A DNA stretch of 48,882 bases from Burkholderiales bacterium (GTDB lineage Bacteria; Pseudomonadota; Gammaproteobacteria; Burkholderiales; JACMKV01): positions 1 through 48,882 of the forward strand of contig JACDAM010000297.1 of assembly GCA_013695435.1 (NCBI GenBank). Direction: 5' to 3'. The translations under genes and the position numbers were made by a program. This document shows, piece after piece, positions 1 through 9,197 of the stretch. The notes beneath the pieces were generated by a model. It had not been told where the DNA came from. It saw only the letters and a program-made list of their open reading frames with translations, and searched no databases. Numbering within the stretch: position 1 is the stretch's first letter; each line of letters opens with the position of its first letter.

Positions 1-90
1 CATCGTGGCATGGCTAACCTGGTCAGGTCGGGAACGAAGCAGCCACGGCTATTAACCATGAGTGCCGCAGATCAGGCTCGCCTCCTTCGA
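1..90 (+). ncRNA. ffs: SRP RNA (4.5S RNA), 5' end cut by the window edge
   Basis: cctggtcaggtcgggaacgaagcagccacgg matches the conserved domain IV core of 4.5S RNA (E. coli ACCAGGUCAGGUCCGGAAGGAAGCAGCCAAGG). The 3' segment caggctcgcc would pair with a missing 5' end. ffs upstream of dnaX is a common arrangement. Confidence 0.75.
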
Positions 91-219
91 TCTATCTTTC
101 AAGTGCGTTTTTACGGCGCCACTTGTCGCTTCATTCCCCTTCTCGCACCGACTTGTTACAATTGCCGCCTTGGCTGCAGGATTCCCCGCTGCGTCCGCTA
201 TCTACGGTAAAATCCCAGC

Positions 220-1971
220 ATGTCCTATCAAGTACTCGCCCGCAAATACCGCCCCCGTAACTTTGAAACGCTGGTCGGCCAGGAACACGTCGTCCGCGCC
301 CTGTCGCACGCGTTGCAAACCGGTCGCCTGCACCATGCCTATCTGTTTACGGGTACGCGCGGCGTCGGCAAGACCACGCTGTCGCGGATCCTCGCCAAGT
401 CGCTCAACTGCATCGGCCCGGACGGCACCGGCGGCATCACCGCCACGCCCTGCGGCGTGTGCGACGCCTGCACCGCGATCGACGCCGGCCGCTTCGTCGA
501 CTATATAGAGATGGACGCGGCGTCGAACCGCGGCGTCGACGAAATGGCCCAGCTGCTCGAGCAGGCGGTGTACTCGCCGTCGAACGCGCGCTTCAAGGTC
601 TACATGATCGACGAGGTGCACATGCTGACCAACCACGCCTTCAACTCGATGCTCAAAACGCTGGAGGAGCCGCCCGAGCACGTCAAGTTCATTCTGGCGA
701 CGACCGATCCGCAGAAAATTCCGGTGACAGTGTTGTCGCGCTGCCTGCAGTTCAACCTCAAGCAGATTCCGCCCGCGCAAATCCGCGAACAGATGCAGTT
801 CATACTCGCGCGGGAAGATATCGCAGCCGAAGCGCCGGCGCTGCAACTGATTTCACGCGCGGCCCACGGCAGCATGCGCGATGCCTTGAGCCTACTCGAT
901 CAGGCGATCGCGCACGGCGGCGGCCGGGTGAGCGAAGCCGATGTCCGCGCCATGCTGGGCGCGATCGATCGGACGTATCTGTTCGGAATCCTGCAAGCGG
1001 TAGCCGCGGGCGATGGTCTGGCGCTGATCGATCATGCCGATCGCATGCAAAGTCGCAGCCTGTCGTTTGACGTCGCTTTGCAGGAGCTCGGCGCGCTGCT
1101 GCATCGGATCGCCCTGGCGCAGTCCGTGCCGGCGGCCATTGCCGATGACGATCTGGAGCGCGAGACGATTTTCGCGCTCGCCGCCGCAATAGCCAGCGAG
1201 GACGTGCAATTGCTGTATCAGATCGCACTGCAGGGACGCGACGATCTGCCGCTTGCGCCCGACGAGTACGCGGGCTTTACGATGACCTTGCTGCGCATGC
1301 TGGCTTTCATGCCGGCTGCTGAGGATCAGGCGCCGGCGCCGCAGCGCACGTCTGCGGAAATGACTGCTGTGCAAACGCCAGCCACAAAACCAGCCGGTGC
1401 GCCTGCTTCACCGCCTCCCGTCCGTCAAAGCTCCGAACGAAGCGCCGATAGCGCCGCGCCGCTTGCCGCACCGGAGCCCGCGCCCACCAGGTTCTCAGCG
1501 GGAGCGGTGCACGAACCACCCGCCGCGCGCGCCGTAGCGAGCCCGGTTGAGACCGGAGAGCGTAAAAACTTGCAAGCCGGCGACTGGGCGGCGATGATCG
1601 CCGGGATGAAATTGAACGGGATGGCGAAAATGCTCGCGCAGAACTGCGAGCTGGTCAGCCACGACGGCGCTAGCATGGAATTTCGCATCGCGCCGGCTAA
1701 CCGCGGTTACCTCGAGAAGCCCTATCGGGACAAGTTGAAAGCCGCGCTCGAACGCTATTTCGGCAAGACGTTGTGGCTGAATTTTGAGCTCGGAGACAGC
1801 GGTCGAATCACGCCTCTGGCAATCGAGAAACAGGAACGGGACGCCGATCAGGCGAGGGCCGAGGCCGCGATCGAAAGCGATCCTTTTGTTCGCGAACTGG
1901 TCCAGAATCTGGGCGGCCATGTCGTAAAAGGCAGCATACAACCGTTAAAGAAACGAGGAGACGACGAATGA
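220..1971 (+). CDS. dnaX: DNA polymerase III subunit gamma/tau
   Basis: 583-aa ORF. N-terminus [22 protein letters not shown]...[11 protein letters not shown] (Walker A) and CGVCDAC zinc module are typical DnaX. Followed by ybaB-recR. Confidence 0.95.
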   Translation: MSYQVLARKYRPRNFETLVGQEHVVRALSHALQTGRLHHAYLFTGTRGVGKTTLSRILAKSLNCIGPDGTGGITATPCGVCDACTAIDAGRFVDYIEMDAASNRGVDEMAQLLEQAVYSPSNARFKVYMIDEVHMLTNHAFNSMLKTLEEPPEHVKFILATTDPQKIPVTVLSRCLQFNLKQIPPAQIREQMQFILAREDIAAEAPALQLISRAAHGSMRDALSLLDQAIAHGGGRVSEADVRAMLGAIDRTYLFGILQAVAAGDGLALIDHADRMQSRSLSFDVALQELGALLHRIALAQSVPAAIADDDLERETIFALAAAIASEDVQLLYQIALQGRDDLPLAPDEYAGFTMTLLRMLAFMPAAEDQAPAPQRTSAEMTAVQTPATKPAGAPASPPPVRQSSERSADSAAPLAAPEPAPTRFSAGAVHEPPAARAVASPVETGERKNLQAGDWAAMIAGMKLNGMAKMLAQNCELVSHDGASMEFRIAPANRGYLEKPYRDKLKAALERYFGKTLWLNFELGDSGRITPLAIEKQERDADQARAEAAIESDPFVRELVQNLGGHVVKGSIQPLKKRGDDE

Positions 1972-2294
1972 TGAAAGGTGGATTGGGCGGCTTGATGAAG
2001 CAGGCGCAGCAGATGCAGGAAAACATGCAAAAAATGCAGGAGCAATTGGCGACCGTCGAGGTCGAAGGCCAAAGCGGCGCCGGCCTTGTGAAGGTGACGA
2101 TGACCTGCCGCTACGACGTCAAACGGGTCAGCATCGACAACAGCCTGTTGACCGACGACAAGGACATGCTCGAGGATCTGGTCGCGGCAGCAGTCAACGA
2201 CGCGGTGCGCAAGGTCGAAGCCACGACGCAGGAAAAAATGAGCGGATTCACCGCCGGCATGGGCCTGCCGCCAGGAATGAAGCTGCCGTTTTGA
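1968..2294 (+). CDS. ybaB: YbaB/EbfC family nucleoid-associated protein
   Basis: 108 aa, [18 protein letters not shown]... Start overlaps the dnaX stop (ATGATGA). Canonical dnaX-ybaB-recR synteny. Confidence 0.9.
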   Translation: MMKGGLGGLMKQAQQMQENMQKMQEQLATVEVEGQSGAGLVKVTMTCRYDVKRVSIDNSLLTDDKDMLEDLVAAAVNDAVRKVEATTQEKMSGFTAGMGLPPGMKLPF

Positions 2295-2406
2295 CCGCAC
2301 AATCGACGCTGGCCGGCGCGATCCACACTTCGAAATACCGGTTCGACTATCCCATGCCTTGCAAACAGGCGAGGGAGCGCAGCGGAAGGGGTGGACAATC
2401 GCGCTA

Positions 2407-3003
2407 GTGAATACCCCTTCGAGTCTCGAAGAACTGATCGAATCCTTGCGTTGCCTGCCCGGTGTCGGTCCGAAATCGGCGCAGCGCATGGCTTATCATC
2501 TGCTGCAGCGCGACCAGCGCGGTGCGACCCGGCTTGCAGCCGCGCTGAGCCGCTCTGTCGAGCTAATCCAGCATTGTCAGAAGTGCAACAGTTTTACCGA
2601 GCATGATGTGTGCGGGTTGTGTCGCTCCGCGAAGCGCGACGCGAGCATGTTATGCGTGGTGGAAACGCCGGCCGACTTGCTGATGATGGAGCAGGCGCAG
2701 TGCTATCACGGCCTATATTTCGTATTGATGGGACGCCTTTCGCCGCTCGACGGCATCGGCCCGAAAGACATCCATCTCGATCGGCTGCTGCAGCGCGCGA
2801 CCGATGGCGTGGTGACGGAGACGATACTGGCGACCAATTTTACGGTCGAGGGGGAGGCGACCAGCCATTATATTGCCGACCTTTTGCGCGCGCGCAGCAT
2901 CAAAACGACGCGAATCGCGCGCGGATTGCCAGTCGGCGGCGAACTCGAACACGTCGATAGCGGCACACTGGCGCAGGCTGTCATCGAACGCCATACCGTA
3001 TAG
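2407..3003 (+). CDS. recR: recombination protein RecR
   Basis: [27 protein letters not shown] helix-hairpin-helix, C4 zinc finger CQKC...CGLC and Toprim region. The ORF track starts at 2359, but the GTG at 2407 gives the usual RecR length. Confidence 0.9.
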   Translation: MNTPSSLEELIESLRCLPGVGPKSAQRMAYHLLQRDQRGATRLAAALSRSVELIQHCQKCNSFTEHDVCGLCRSAKRDASMLCVVETPADLLMMEQAQCYHGLYFVLMGRLSPLDGIGPKDIHLDRLLQRATDGVVTETILATNFTVEGEATSHYIADLLRARSIKTTRIARGLPVGGELEHVDSGTLAQAVIERHTV

Positions 3004-3043
3004 ATTCGCGTCTCGCGAGCCGAACCCGATTAGGTTTTCCGCC

Positions 3044-3967
3044 ATGGCGATGACGAAAACGGTTGCCGAATCCCGGAGCCCGCCTACCCAGAAGCTGCAC
3101 AAGCTGCTTGCGCAGGCTGGTCTCGGATCACGGCGCGAGATGGAGACGCTGATTGCGGCGGGCCGCGTGTCGGTGAACGGAAAACCGGCCGGCGTCGGCG
3201 AACGTGTCAGCGGTGAGGACACCGTCCGCGTCGACAAGCGCATCGTCCGGTTCAAATCGGCGCACCGGCTGCCGCGCGTGCTGCTGTATCACAAGCCCGA
3301 AAACGAAATCGTCAGCCGCGACGATCCGGAAGGGCGTGCGAGCGTCTTCGACAATCTGCCGCCGATCCGCGGCGCGAAGTGGATCGCGATTGGCCGGCTC
3401 GATTACAACAGTTGCGGTTTGCTGATGTTTACGACCAGCGGCGAACTGGCCAACCTGTTCATGCATCCTCGCTTCGAGGTCGAGCGCGAGTATGCGGTTC
3501 GCATACTCGGCGAACTGACGCCCGAGCATTTTCGGCAACTGCTCGGCGGCGTGCAGCTCGAAGACGGCGAAGCGAAATTCGCATCGCTGTTCGAGCAGGG
3601 CGGCGAGGCGACGAATCGCTGGTATCACGTCGTATTGCAGGAAGGGCGCAAGCGCCTCGTGCGGCGCATGTTCGAAGCGCTCGGCTTTACCGTCAGCCGA
3701 TTGATGCGGGTGCGCTTCGGGCCGGTGGTGCTGCCGCCGCGTTTGAAACGCTGTGCCTTGCGGGAGCTCGAAACGCAAGAGGTTCAGGAGCTGCTGGTGT
3801 GGGCCGGCATGCGTACGACGAATTCGGGAACCAAGTCGAAGGCAGAAGCGCGAACGGAAGCGCGGCCCACCGGGGCCTCGCCGATATTCGCGCCGTCCGG
3901 TCGGGAGCAACGGCTGATTGCAAAGCCGACACGCGGCCGTCCGCAAGCAGGGCGGCGTTCGCGTTGA
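3044..3967 (+). CDS. rluB: 23S rRNA pseudouridine synthase B (RsuA/RluB family)
   Basis: S4 domain (KLHKLLAQAGLGSRREMETLIAAGRVSVNG), catalytic GRLDYNSCGLL motif, basic C-terminal tail. The ATG at 3044 (MAMTKT) is preferred over the ORF-track start at 2873, which overlaps recR. Confidence 0.85.
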   Translation: MAMTKTVAESRSPPTQKLHKLLAQAGLGSRREMETLIAAGRVSVNGKPAGVGERVSGEDTVRVDKRIVRFKSAHRLPRVLLYHKPENEIVSRDDPEGRASVFDNLPPIRGAKWIAIGRLDYNSCGLLMFTTSGELANLFMHPRFEVEREYAVRILGELTPEHFRQLLGGVQLEDGEAKFASLFEQGGEATNRWYHVVLQEGRKRLVRRMFEALGFTVSRLMRVRFGPVVLPPRLKRCALRELETQEVQELLVWAGMRTTNSGTKSKAEARTEARPTGASPIFAPSGREQRLIAKPTRGRPQAGRRSR

Positions 3968-4062
3968 AAGCAGGCTCTGATCAAGTTCTCCATTCATGGT
4001 TTCTCTCGCTTTTTTACGGGGAGGAAGATCGAGGGGGTTAGATGATGCCAGGCGCGATGCAG

Positions 4063-4115
4063 CGTCCCCACCCCAGCCCTCCCCAGCAAGTGGGGAGGAA
4101 GCAACCCGAATTCAC
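4063..4115 (+). repeat. REP-like hairpin element, copy 1 (ccctcccc-agcaagt-ggggagg)
   Basis: Intergenic. Related to copies at 42623-42665, 42673-42725 (reverse orientation) and 46121-46167. Confidence 0.6.
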
Positions 4116-4197
4116 TTTGTCGCCGGCGCCACTGCCGCTGGATCGCACCTTGAACCATGGGCTCGATGGCTCAAGCGGCTTATGATGGCGTTTTGAA

Positions 4198-4773
4198 ATG
4201 GAGAGAGACGCAATGTCGCACGCGCCGCCACACTCTGAAGTAATGCAGCCATCAGCCTGGATATTGCGCTGGGCGCATCTGATCCCGAGCGGCGGCCGCG
4301 TGCTCGATCTCGCCACGGGCAGCGGACGAAACGCCCGCCATTTAGCCGGCTTGGGCTACGACGTCGAAGCGGTTGATCGCGATGCCGAAACGCTGGCGCT
4401 GCTGCGCGGTATCAGCAACATCAACGCGCGCGTTGCCGATCTTGAACAGGGCGACTGGCCTTATGCGAGCGAGGAATTCGGCGGCATCGTCGTGACCAAT
4501 TATCTGTATCGCCCGCTGTTTCCGGCGCTGCTTGCCGCTCTCGCGCACAGCGGCATGCTGATTTACGAAACATTTTCGCTCGGCAATGAGAATTTCGGCA
4601 AGCCGAGCAATCCGGATTTTTTGCTGCGAACCGGCGAGCTGCTCGAAGTCGTGCGCGGCAAATTGCGCGTTATCGCGTACGAGGATGTGTTTGAAGGCGG
4701 CCCCCGGCCGGCCATGATGCAGCGGATATGCGCGGTGCGGCCGGCTGCCGATCCGGTCGATGAGCGGCGTTGA
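4198..4773 (+). CDS. class I SAM-dependent methyltransferase (TehB-like)
   Basis: 191 aa. SAM motif I VLDLATGSGRNARHLAGLGYDVEAVD. Confidence 0.75.
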   Translation: MERDAMSHAPPHSEVMQPSAWILRWAHLIPSGGRVLDLATGSGRNARHLAGLGYDVEAVDRDAETLALLRGISNINARVADLEQGDWPYASEEFGGIVVTNYLYRPLFPALLAALAHSGMLIYETFSLGNENFGKPSNPDFLLRTGELLEVVRGKLRVIAYEDVFEGGPRPAMMQRICAVRPAADPVDERR

Positions 4774-4836
4774 CGATTCCGCCATTGGTTGCGTCTGGCA
4801 TTAATAGTAGACTGAGCCCTTTTTTACGAGCCGCGA

Positions 4837-5775
4837 ATGATTACAGGCAGTCTGGTTGCGATAGTGACCCCGATGCACGAGGGCGGTGCGCTCGATCTCG
4901 AACGATTGCGCGGCCTGGTCGATTTTCACGTTGCGCAACAGACCGATGGCATCGTCGTGGTGGGGACGACTGGCGAATCTCCCACCGTGGATTTCGACGA
5001 GCATTGTCTGCTCATCAAGGAAGTGGTCGGCCATGCCGCCGGCCGCATCCCGGTCATCGCGGGAACCGGCGCGAATTCGACGTCGGAAGCGATACAGTTG
5101 TCGCGCTTTGCCAAAGACGCCGGCGTCGATGCGACGCTGTCGGTCGTGCCGTATTACAACAAGCCGACGCAAGAAGGGCTTTACCGTCACTTCAAGGCAA
5201 TCGCCGAAGCGGTCGACGTGCCGATGATTCTGTACAACGTGCCGTCTCGCACGATTTGCGATATGCAGAACGAGACCGCGCTGCGCTTGTCTCAGGTTCC
5301 GAACATCGTCGGCATCAAGGATGCGACCGGCGATATCGGCCGCGGCGCCGATTTGCTGAGCAAGGCGCCGAAAAATTTCGCGGTTTATGGCGGCGACGAC
5401 GCCAGCGTCATGAGTTTGATGTTGATGGGAGGCCACGGCGTGATCTCGGTGACCGCCAACGTCGCGCCCCGCTTGATGCACGACATGTGCGTGGCGGCAC
5501 GCGCGAGGCATGTTGAAAAAGCATGCGCGATCAATAACAAGCTTTTGGGTTTGCACCAGTTTTTGTTTGTCGAGGCGAATCCGATACCCGTAAAATGGGC
5601 ATTACGACAGATGGGACTGATAGCGGCTGGAATCCGCTTGCCATTGACTCCGTTATCGGCGCCGCATCACGAAATCGTCAGAGAGGCAATGCGCCAAGCC
5701 GGGGTTGCGATAACGGAAGCTTCAGTCAGCGCCTCTAATGCAAATCAATTTGAAGGCGAAACCAAGGTACGATAA
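4837..5775 (+). CDS. dapA: 4-hydroxy-tetrahydrodipicolinate synthase
   Basis: [17 protein letters not shown]...[12 protein letters not shown]...[13 protein letters not shown]...GIKDATGD. Followed by bamC as in many proteobacteria. Confidence 0.93.
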   Translation: MITGSLVAIVTPMHEGGALDLERLRGLVDFHVAQQTDGIVVVGTTGESPTVDFDEHCLLIKEVVGHAAGRIPVIAGTGANSTSEAIQLSRFAKDAGVDATLSVVPYYNKPTQEGLYRHFKAIAEAVDVPMILYNVPSRTICDMQNETALRLSQVPNIVGIKDATGDIGRGADLLSKAPKNFAVYGGDDASVMSLMLMGGHGVISVTANVAPRLMHDMCVAARARHVEKACAINNKLLGLHQFLFVEANPIPVKWALRQMGLIAAGIRLPLTPLSAPHHEIVREAMRQAGVAITEASVSASNANQFEGETKVR

Positions 5776-5823
5776 GAGCACGAAGATGCTCGACGTCATC
5801 GAGGAAACCTTGACGAGGAGAAT

Positions 5824-6963
5824 ATGAATATCCCTGCACGAAGCGCACTGCCGCTAGTCGTTGTGCTGTTGTCCGCATGCAGCTCGATCCCTTTCCTCGA
5901 CAACAAAATCGATTACAAATCGGCCGGCAAGCTGCCGCCGCTCGAAGTCCCGCCGGATCTGACCGCGCCCAAGGGCGACGATCGCTTTTCGGTGCCCGAC
6001 GTCAATCCGCAGGGTACGGCTACTTTCTCGGATTACAGCAAGGAGCGCGCGGCCAAACCCGAAGCCGGTTCGACCGATCTGCTGCCGGTGCGCGACAAGG
6101 TGCGCATCGAGCGCGCCGGAACGCAGCGCTGGATCGTTGTCCCGGGCACGCCGGAAGCGTTATGGCCGATCGTCAAGGACTTCTGGAAGGAGCTCGGTTT
6201 CGAAGTCAAAACAGAGACGCCGGAGGCCGGCATCATGGAAACCGACTGGGCGGAAAATCGCGCCAACATCCCCGAAACCGGTATCCGCAACTGGATCGGC
6301 AAAGTCATAGACAATCTCCATTCGACCTCCGAGCGCGATAAATTTCGCACGCGCATGGAGCGCGGCGCGGAGCCGGGGACGACCGAAATCTATATCAGCC
6401 ATCGCGGCATGACCGAGGTTTACACGACCACCGTACAGGAGTCGACCGCCTGGCAGCCGCGACCTGCCGACACCGAACTTGAAGCGGAAATGCTGCGTCG
6501 CTTGATGGTGCGCTTCGGCGTTGAGGACGAACGCGCAAAAACCCAGGTGGCTGCCATTCAGCAGGAAGACCGCGCGACTTTGTCCAAGGGGCAGGACGGC
6601 GTTTCCGGCCTGTCGGTCGCCGATGATTTCGATCGCGCGTGGCGCCGTGTCGGCCTGGCGCTCGACCGCGTTGGCTTCACAGTCGAAGACCGCGATCGTT
6701 CGAACGGGCTGTACTTTGTTCGCTACGTCGACCCACAGGAAGACAACCGCACCGCAAAGCCGACAGGCATGCTGTCGAAACTGATGTTCTGGCGCGACGA
6801 CGACAAGCCGAACAAGAACAACGCCGAACAGTACCGCATCCAGGTTGTCGATGGCGAAGCCGACTCCGGCAGCCGCGTTCAGATACTGACGAAAGACGGC
6901 AGCGCGGATCGCTCGAAAACCGCGAACAAAATTCTGAGCCTACTTTACGAACAATTGAAGTAG
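5824..6963 (+). CDS. bamC: outer membrane protein assembly factor BamC (NlpB) lipoprotein
   Basis: Lipobox LLSAC, 379 aa, directly downstream of dapA (conserved dapA-bamC pairing). Confidence 0.8.
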   Translation: MNIPARSALPLVVVLLSACSSIPFLDNKIDYKSAGKLPPLEVPPDLTAPKGDDRFSVPDVNPQGTATFSDYSKERAAKPEAGSTDLLPVRDKVRIERAGTQRWIVVPGTPEALWPIVKDFWKELGFEVKTETPEAGIMETDWAENRANIPETGIRNWIGKVIDNLHSTSERDKFRTRMERGAEPGTTEIYISHRGMTEVYTTTVQESTAWQPRPADTELEAEMLRRLMVRFGVEDERAKTQVAAIQQEDRATLSKGQDGVSGLSVADDFDRAWRRVGLALDRVGFTVEDRDRSNGLYFVRYVDPQEDNRTAKPTGMLSKLMFWRDDDKPNKNNAEQYRIQVVDGEADSGSRVQILTKDGSADRSKTANKILSLLYEQLK

Positions 6964-7087
6964 TGCGGAGCGAACCGGCGCGGGCAGGGAGCTTGCCGCT
7001 CACACGAGAGGTGGCGACGCAAGCCCTCATTTCCTATTGCGCCGCTTCCGGCCTCGTCTGCTGCATGTCACTTGTTGGCCCGCGCTG

Positions 7088-7855
7088 ATGCGCTTCGCTT
7101 CGCTGGGGAGCGGCAGTCAAGGCAACGCGCTTGTCGTCCAGGCTGGCCGCACCTGTGTTTTGCTCGATTGCGGATTTCGCGTCAAGGAAACATTCGCCAG
7201 ACTGGCTGCGCTTGGTCTGGCGCCAGACGATCTCGCAGCCATTGTGATCAGCCACGAGCACGACGATCATATCGCCGGCGCTATTCCGTTTGCGCGTAAA
7301 TACAATCTGCCGCTCTGGCTCACCTATGGCACGATGCGTGCGCTGAACGGCTTCTGCACGAGCCCGCCCCGCCTGTCCGTGATTGAAGGCCACCGCTGTT
7401 TCAGTATCGGCGATATTTCTATCGAGCCTTATCCGGTTCCGCATGACGCGCGCGAACCGGCGCAGTTCGTGTTCTCCGATGGCGCGAGAAAGCTTGGTGT
7501 CCTGACCGATAGCGGCTGCGCAACACGCCACATCGAAGCTGTTTTACGAAGTTGCGACGCGCTGGTGCTGGAATGCAATCACGATGGCGAGATGCTGCGC
7601 AATGGAATCTACCCGCCGCGGCTGAAGGCGAGAATATCCGGTCGCCTCGGTCATCTCGACAACGCCGATGCGGCGAGCCTGTTGAGCGCGCTCGATTGCA
7701 CGCGTTTACAGCACGTCGTGGCGGCACATGTCAGCCAGCAGAACAACACGCCGCAACTCGCTCGCGCCGCCCTCGGCGCCGTCTTGAATTGCGCCGATGA
7801 GTGGGTTACGGTCGCGGATCAGGTTTCAGGTTTTTCCTGGCTCCAAATTACCTAA
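7088..7855 (+). CDS. MBL-fold metallo-hydrolase
   Basis: MRFASLGSGSQGNA...LLDCGF...ISHEHDDHI (HxHxDH motif). ATG at 7088 preferred to the ORF-track start at 7037. Confidence 0.8.
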   Translation: MRFASLGSGSQGNALVVQAGRTCVLLDCGFRVKETFARLAALGLAPDDLAAIVISHEHDDHIAGAIPFARKYNLPLWLTYGTMRALNGFCTSPPRLSVIEGHRCFSIGDISIEPYPVPHDAREPAQFVFSDGARKLGVLTDSGCATRHIEAVLRSCDALVLECNHDGEMLRNGIYPPRLKARISGRLGHLDNADAASLLSALDCTRLQHVVAAHVSQQNNTPQLARAALGAVLNCADEWVTVADQVSGFSWLQIT

Positions 7856-7872
7856 GGAGCCTCTGATTAACC

Positions 7873-8111
7873 TATCCACCGCCGCTTTGCGACGAGAAGG
7901 CGGCAGATGCAAGGCGCGGGACGAAGGGCAGTGGTTGCTCCCACGACCGAGTCCCGCAACGCCGCAGATGGCGGCCTTCTCGTCGCAACCCGCATGGGCC
8001 GGCACTTATCCGGGCGCCTCGCTTTGTCGCGGGTCGCTTGTGTGGAATGACCACACAGCGCTCCCCGCTTCGCGCGATGCATCCCGGAGAGCGCCGGCGC
8101 GGGGGTGGATA
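7873..8111. other. unassigned ~240-nt structured intergenic element (candidate ncRNA or MITE-like element)
   Basis: Nested helices: closing stem 7873-7885/8099-8111 (12 of 13 bp), perfect 15-bp stem 7887-7901/7974-7988, 7-bp stem 7916-7922/7951-7957 inside it, and hairpin 8039-8045/8051-8057. No convincing coding frame. Confidence 0.4.
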
Positions 8112-8185
8112 AATTAAGTAGAGGTTCCTAAACCTGTCGCCGGCCGGTTGCGCTGCGACGCATCTCCGCACAACACTTCTCCGCA

Positions 8186-8221
8186 AAACCGAAAAGCCAG
8201 CGCTTGCCGGCTTTTCGGTTT
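8186..8221 (-). terminator. rho-independent terminator downstream of the small lipoprotein gene
   Basis: 13-bp perfect stem aaaccgaaaagcc/ggcttttcggttt with a 10-nt loop, U-rich on the minus strand, about 20 nt after the stop at 8242. Confidence 0.55.
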
Positions 8222-8241
8222 GCTTGCGACTGCTACCGCGC

Positions 8242-8466
8242 CTACTTTGGCGCGTCTTCCTTTTTCATCTCGCCAGCCGGAGGCGTGCTGCCAGCGGGTA
8301 TGTCCATGGCGCCGCCGGCGGGAGGCGTCATCGGGGCGGTGCCAGGAGCCGGGGCGGCCGGCGTAGGCGTCGCTGCCGGCGCATTGACGGTAGCGGTTTC
8401 GTCTTTCTTCGAACACGCGGTTATAGTGATTGCGAGGATGGCGATAGCGATAAGAGAGCGATTCAT
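8242..8466 (-). CDS. small Pro/Ala-rich lipoprotein
   Basis: 74 aa. Signal peptide plus lipobox (ITITAC), good SD (aaggaaataaaATG), terminator downstream. Confidence 0.6.
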   Translation of the reverse strand: MNRSLIAIAILAITITACSKKDETATVNAPAATPTPAAPAPGTAPMTPPAGGAMDIPAGSTPPAGEMKKEDAPK

Positions 8467-8500
8467 TTTATTTCCTTATGGGGATTGATAGGGGCAAAAC

Positions 8501-8529
8501 GAACTACGCACGAACTACGGCAGGACTAC
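8501..8529. promoter_or_regulatory. three phased heptamer direct repeats (GAACTAC, GAACTAC, GGACTAC; 11-bp spacing)
   Basis: Repeats start at 8501, 8512 and 8523, 35-63 nt upstream of the lipoprotein start codon. Helical phasing resembles winged-helix response-regulator sites. Confidence 0.3.
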
Positions 8530-8690
8530 AAACTAAATGCTGTTAGCAGAATAAACGGCAAAAAGCGGCTATCGCGGTTCAGCAATTGAACGGGATGGAA
8601 CGACGCTGCACCACCGAGCAGGCCGCTTCACCTCAATGCGCAAGCGCGATACCAGAGTTTTCCAGATTTAACGTATTTTGTCACTTCTTG

Positions 8691-9194
8691 TCAGAGACCG
8701 AGCGTCGAGGCTGTAGCGGCAGGAATGGATGCTTGCCAGATGTCCTCAAAGCGCTGCACCAGGATGCGCGCATCGGCGATATGATCGAACGCAAGTTCGC
8801 CGCGCAAGCTGTCGTAGTGAAAACGGTGCGCGAAATGGTTCTCGTCGGCCACTGCGAACGGGTCGTACAGATGTTTTGCCTCACTGCTTGTTTCATGAAT
8901 GAATACGCGGTCGTTGAATTCCCGCAGCAGCATCATCAGTCTGGGACAGCGGCTTGTTACCGGCTGCGCATCGTGCAAAACCAGATACAGTTGATTTGCA
9001 GAGTTTGCACGCAAAAACGCCCGCAATAGTTCATAGCGCTTGACGCTGTTGTAGCCCACGCTCGGGCTTCGATCGAAAATGCGCACAGCGCGCCGGGCGG
9101 CTGAAATCACGGCGTCGATAGCGTTTTCGTACGCCGAAAGGGTGTCGATCCGCTGTCGGCCGCCGAACGCAGGATTATTCGTCGTTTGATTCAT
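8691..9194 (-). CDS. hypothetical protein, probably co-transcribed with roxA
   Basis: 167-aa ORF starting 3 nt after the roxA stop. No family recognised by eye. Confidence 0.6.
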   Translation of the reverse strand: MNQTTNNPAFGGRQRIDTLSAYENAIDAVISAARRAVRIFDRSPSVGYNSVKRYELLRAFLRANSANQLYLVLHDAQPVTSRCPRLMMLLREFNDRVFIHETSSEAKHLYDPFAVADENHFAHRFHYDSLRGELAFDHIADARILVQRFEDIWQASIPAATASTLGL

Positions 9195-9197
9195 CCG

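Noticed and set aside
220-1971. Programmed -1 ribosomal frameshift site in dnaX (the A AAA AAG heptamer that produces gamma in E. coli).
   Set aside because: No AAAAAAG-type slippery heptamer seen in the gene. I cannot infer a gamma product from the sequence.
2330-2360. tRNA-like T-loop string (ccggttcgactatcc).
   Set aside because: No matching T-stem, acceptor stem or anticodon arm can be drawn around it. I found no tRNA genes anywhere in the window.
5689-5775. About 20-27 extra C-terminal residues on DapA compared with the ~292-aa enzymes I remember. This could reflect a lost stop codon.
   Set aside because: I saw no frame break or stop remnant, and C-terminal length varies among DapA proteins. 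I treat it as intact.
7873-8111. Local resemblance of the structured element to RNase P RNA (cccacgaccgag...gccgcagatggc; cccggagagcgcc) and to the cobalamin riboswitch core (gaagggcagtgg...gtcccgcaac).
   Set aside because: The universally conserved RNase P blocks (GGAAAGUCCGGGC, GGUAAGGGUGAAA, ACAGAA.CCGGCUUA) are absent and the element is about 100-150 nt too short. For a B12 riboswitch the B12 box is missing and no downstream gene lies on either strand. The similarity is probably GC-rich coincidence.
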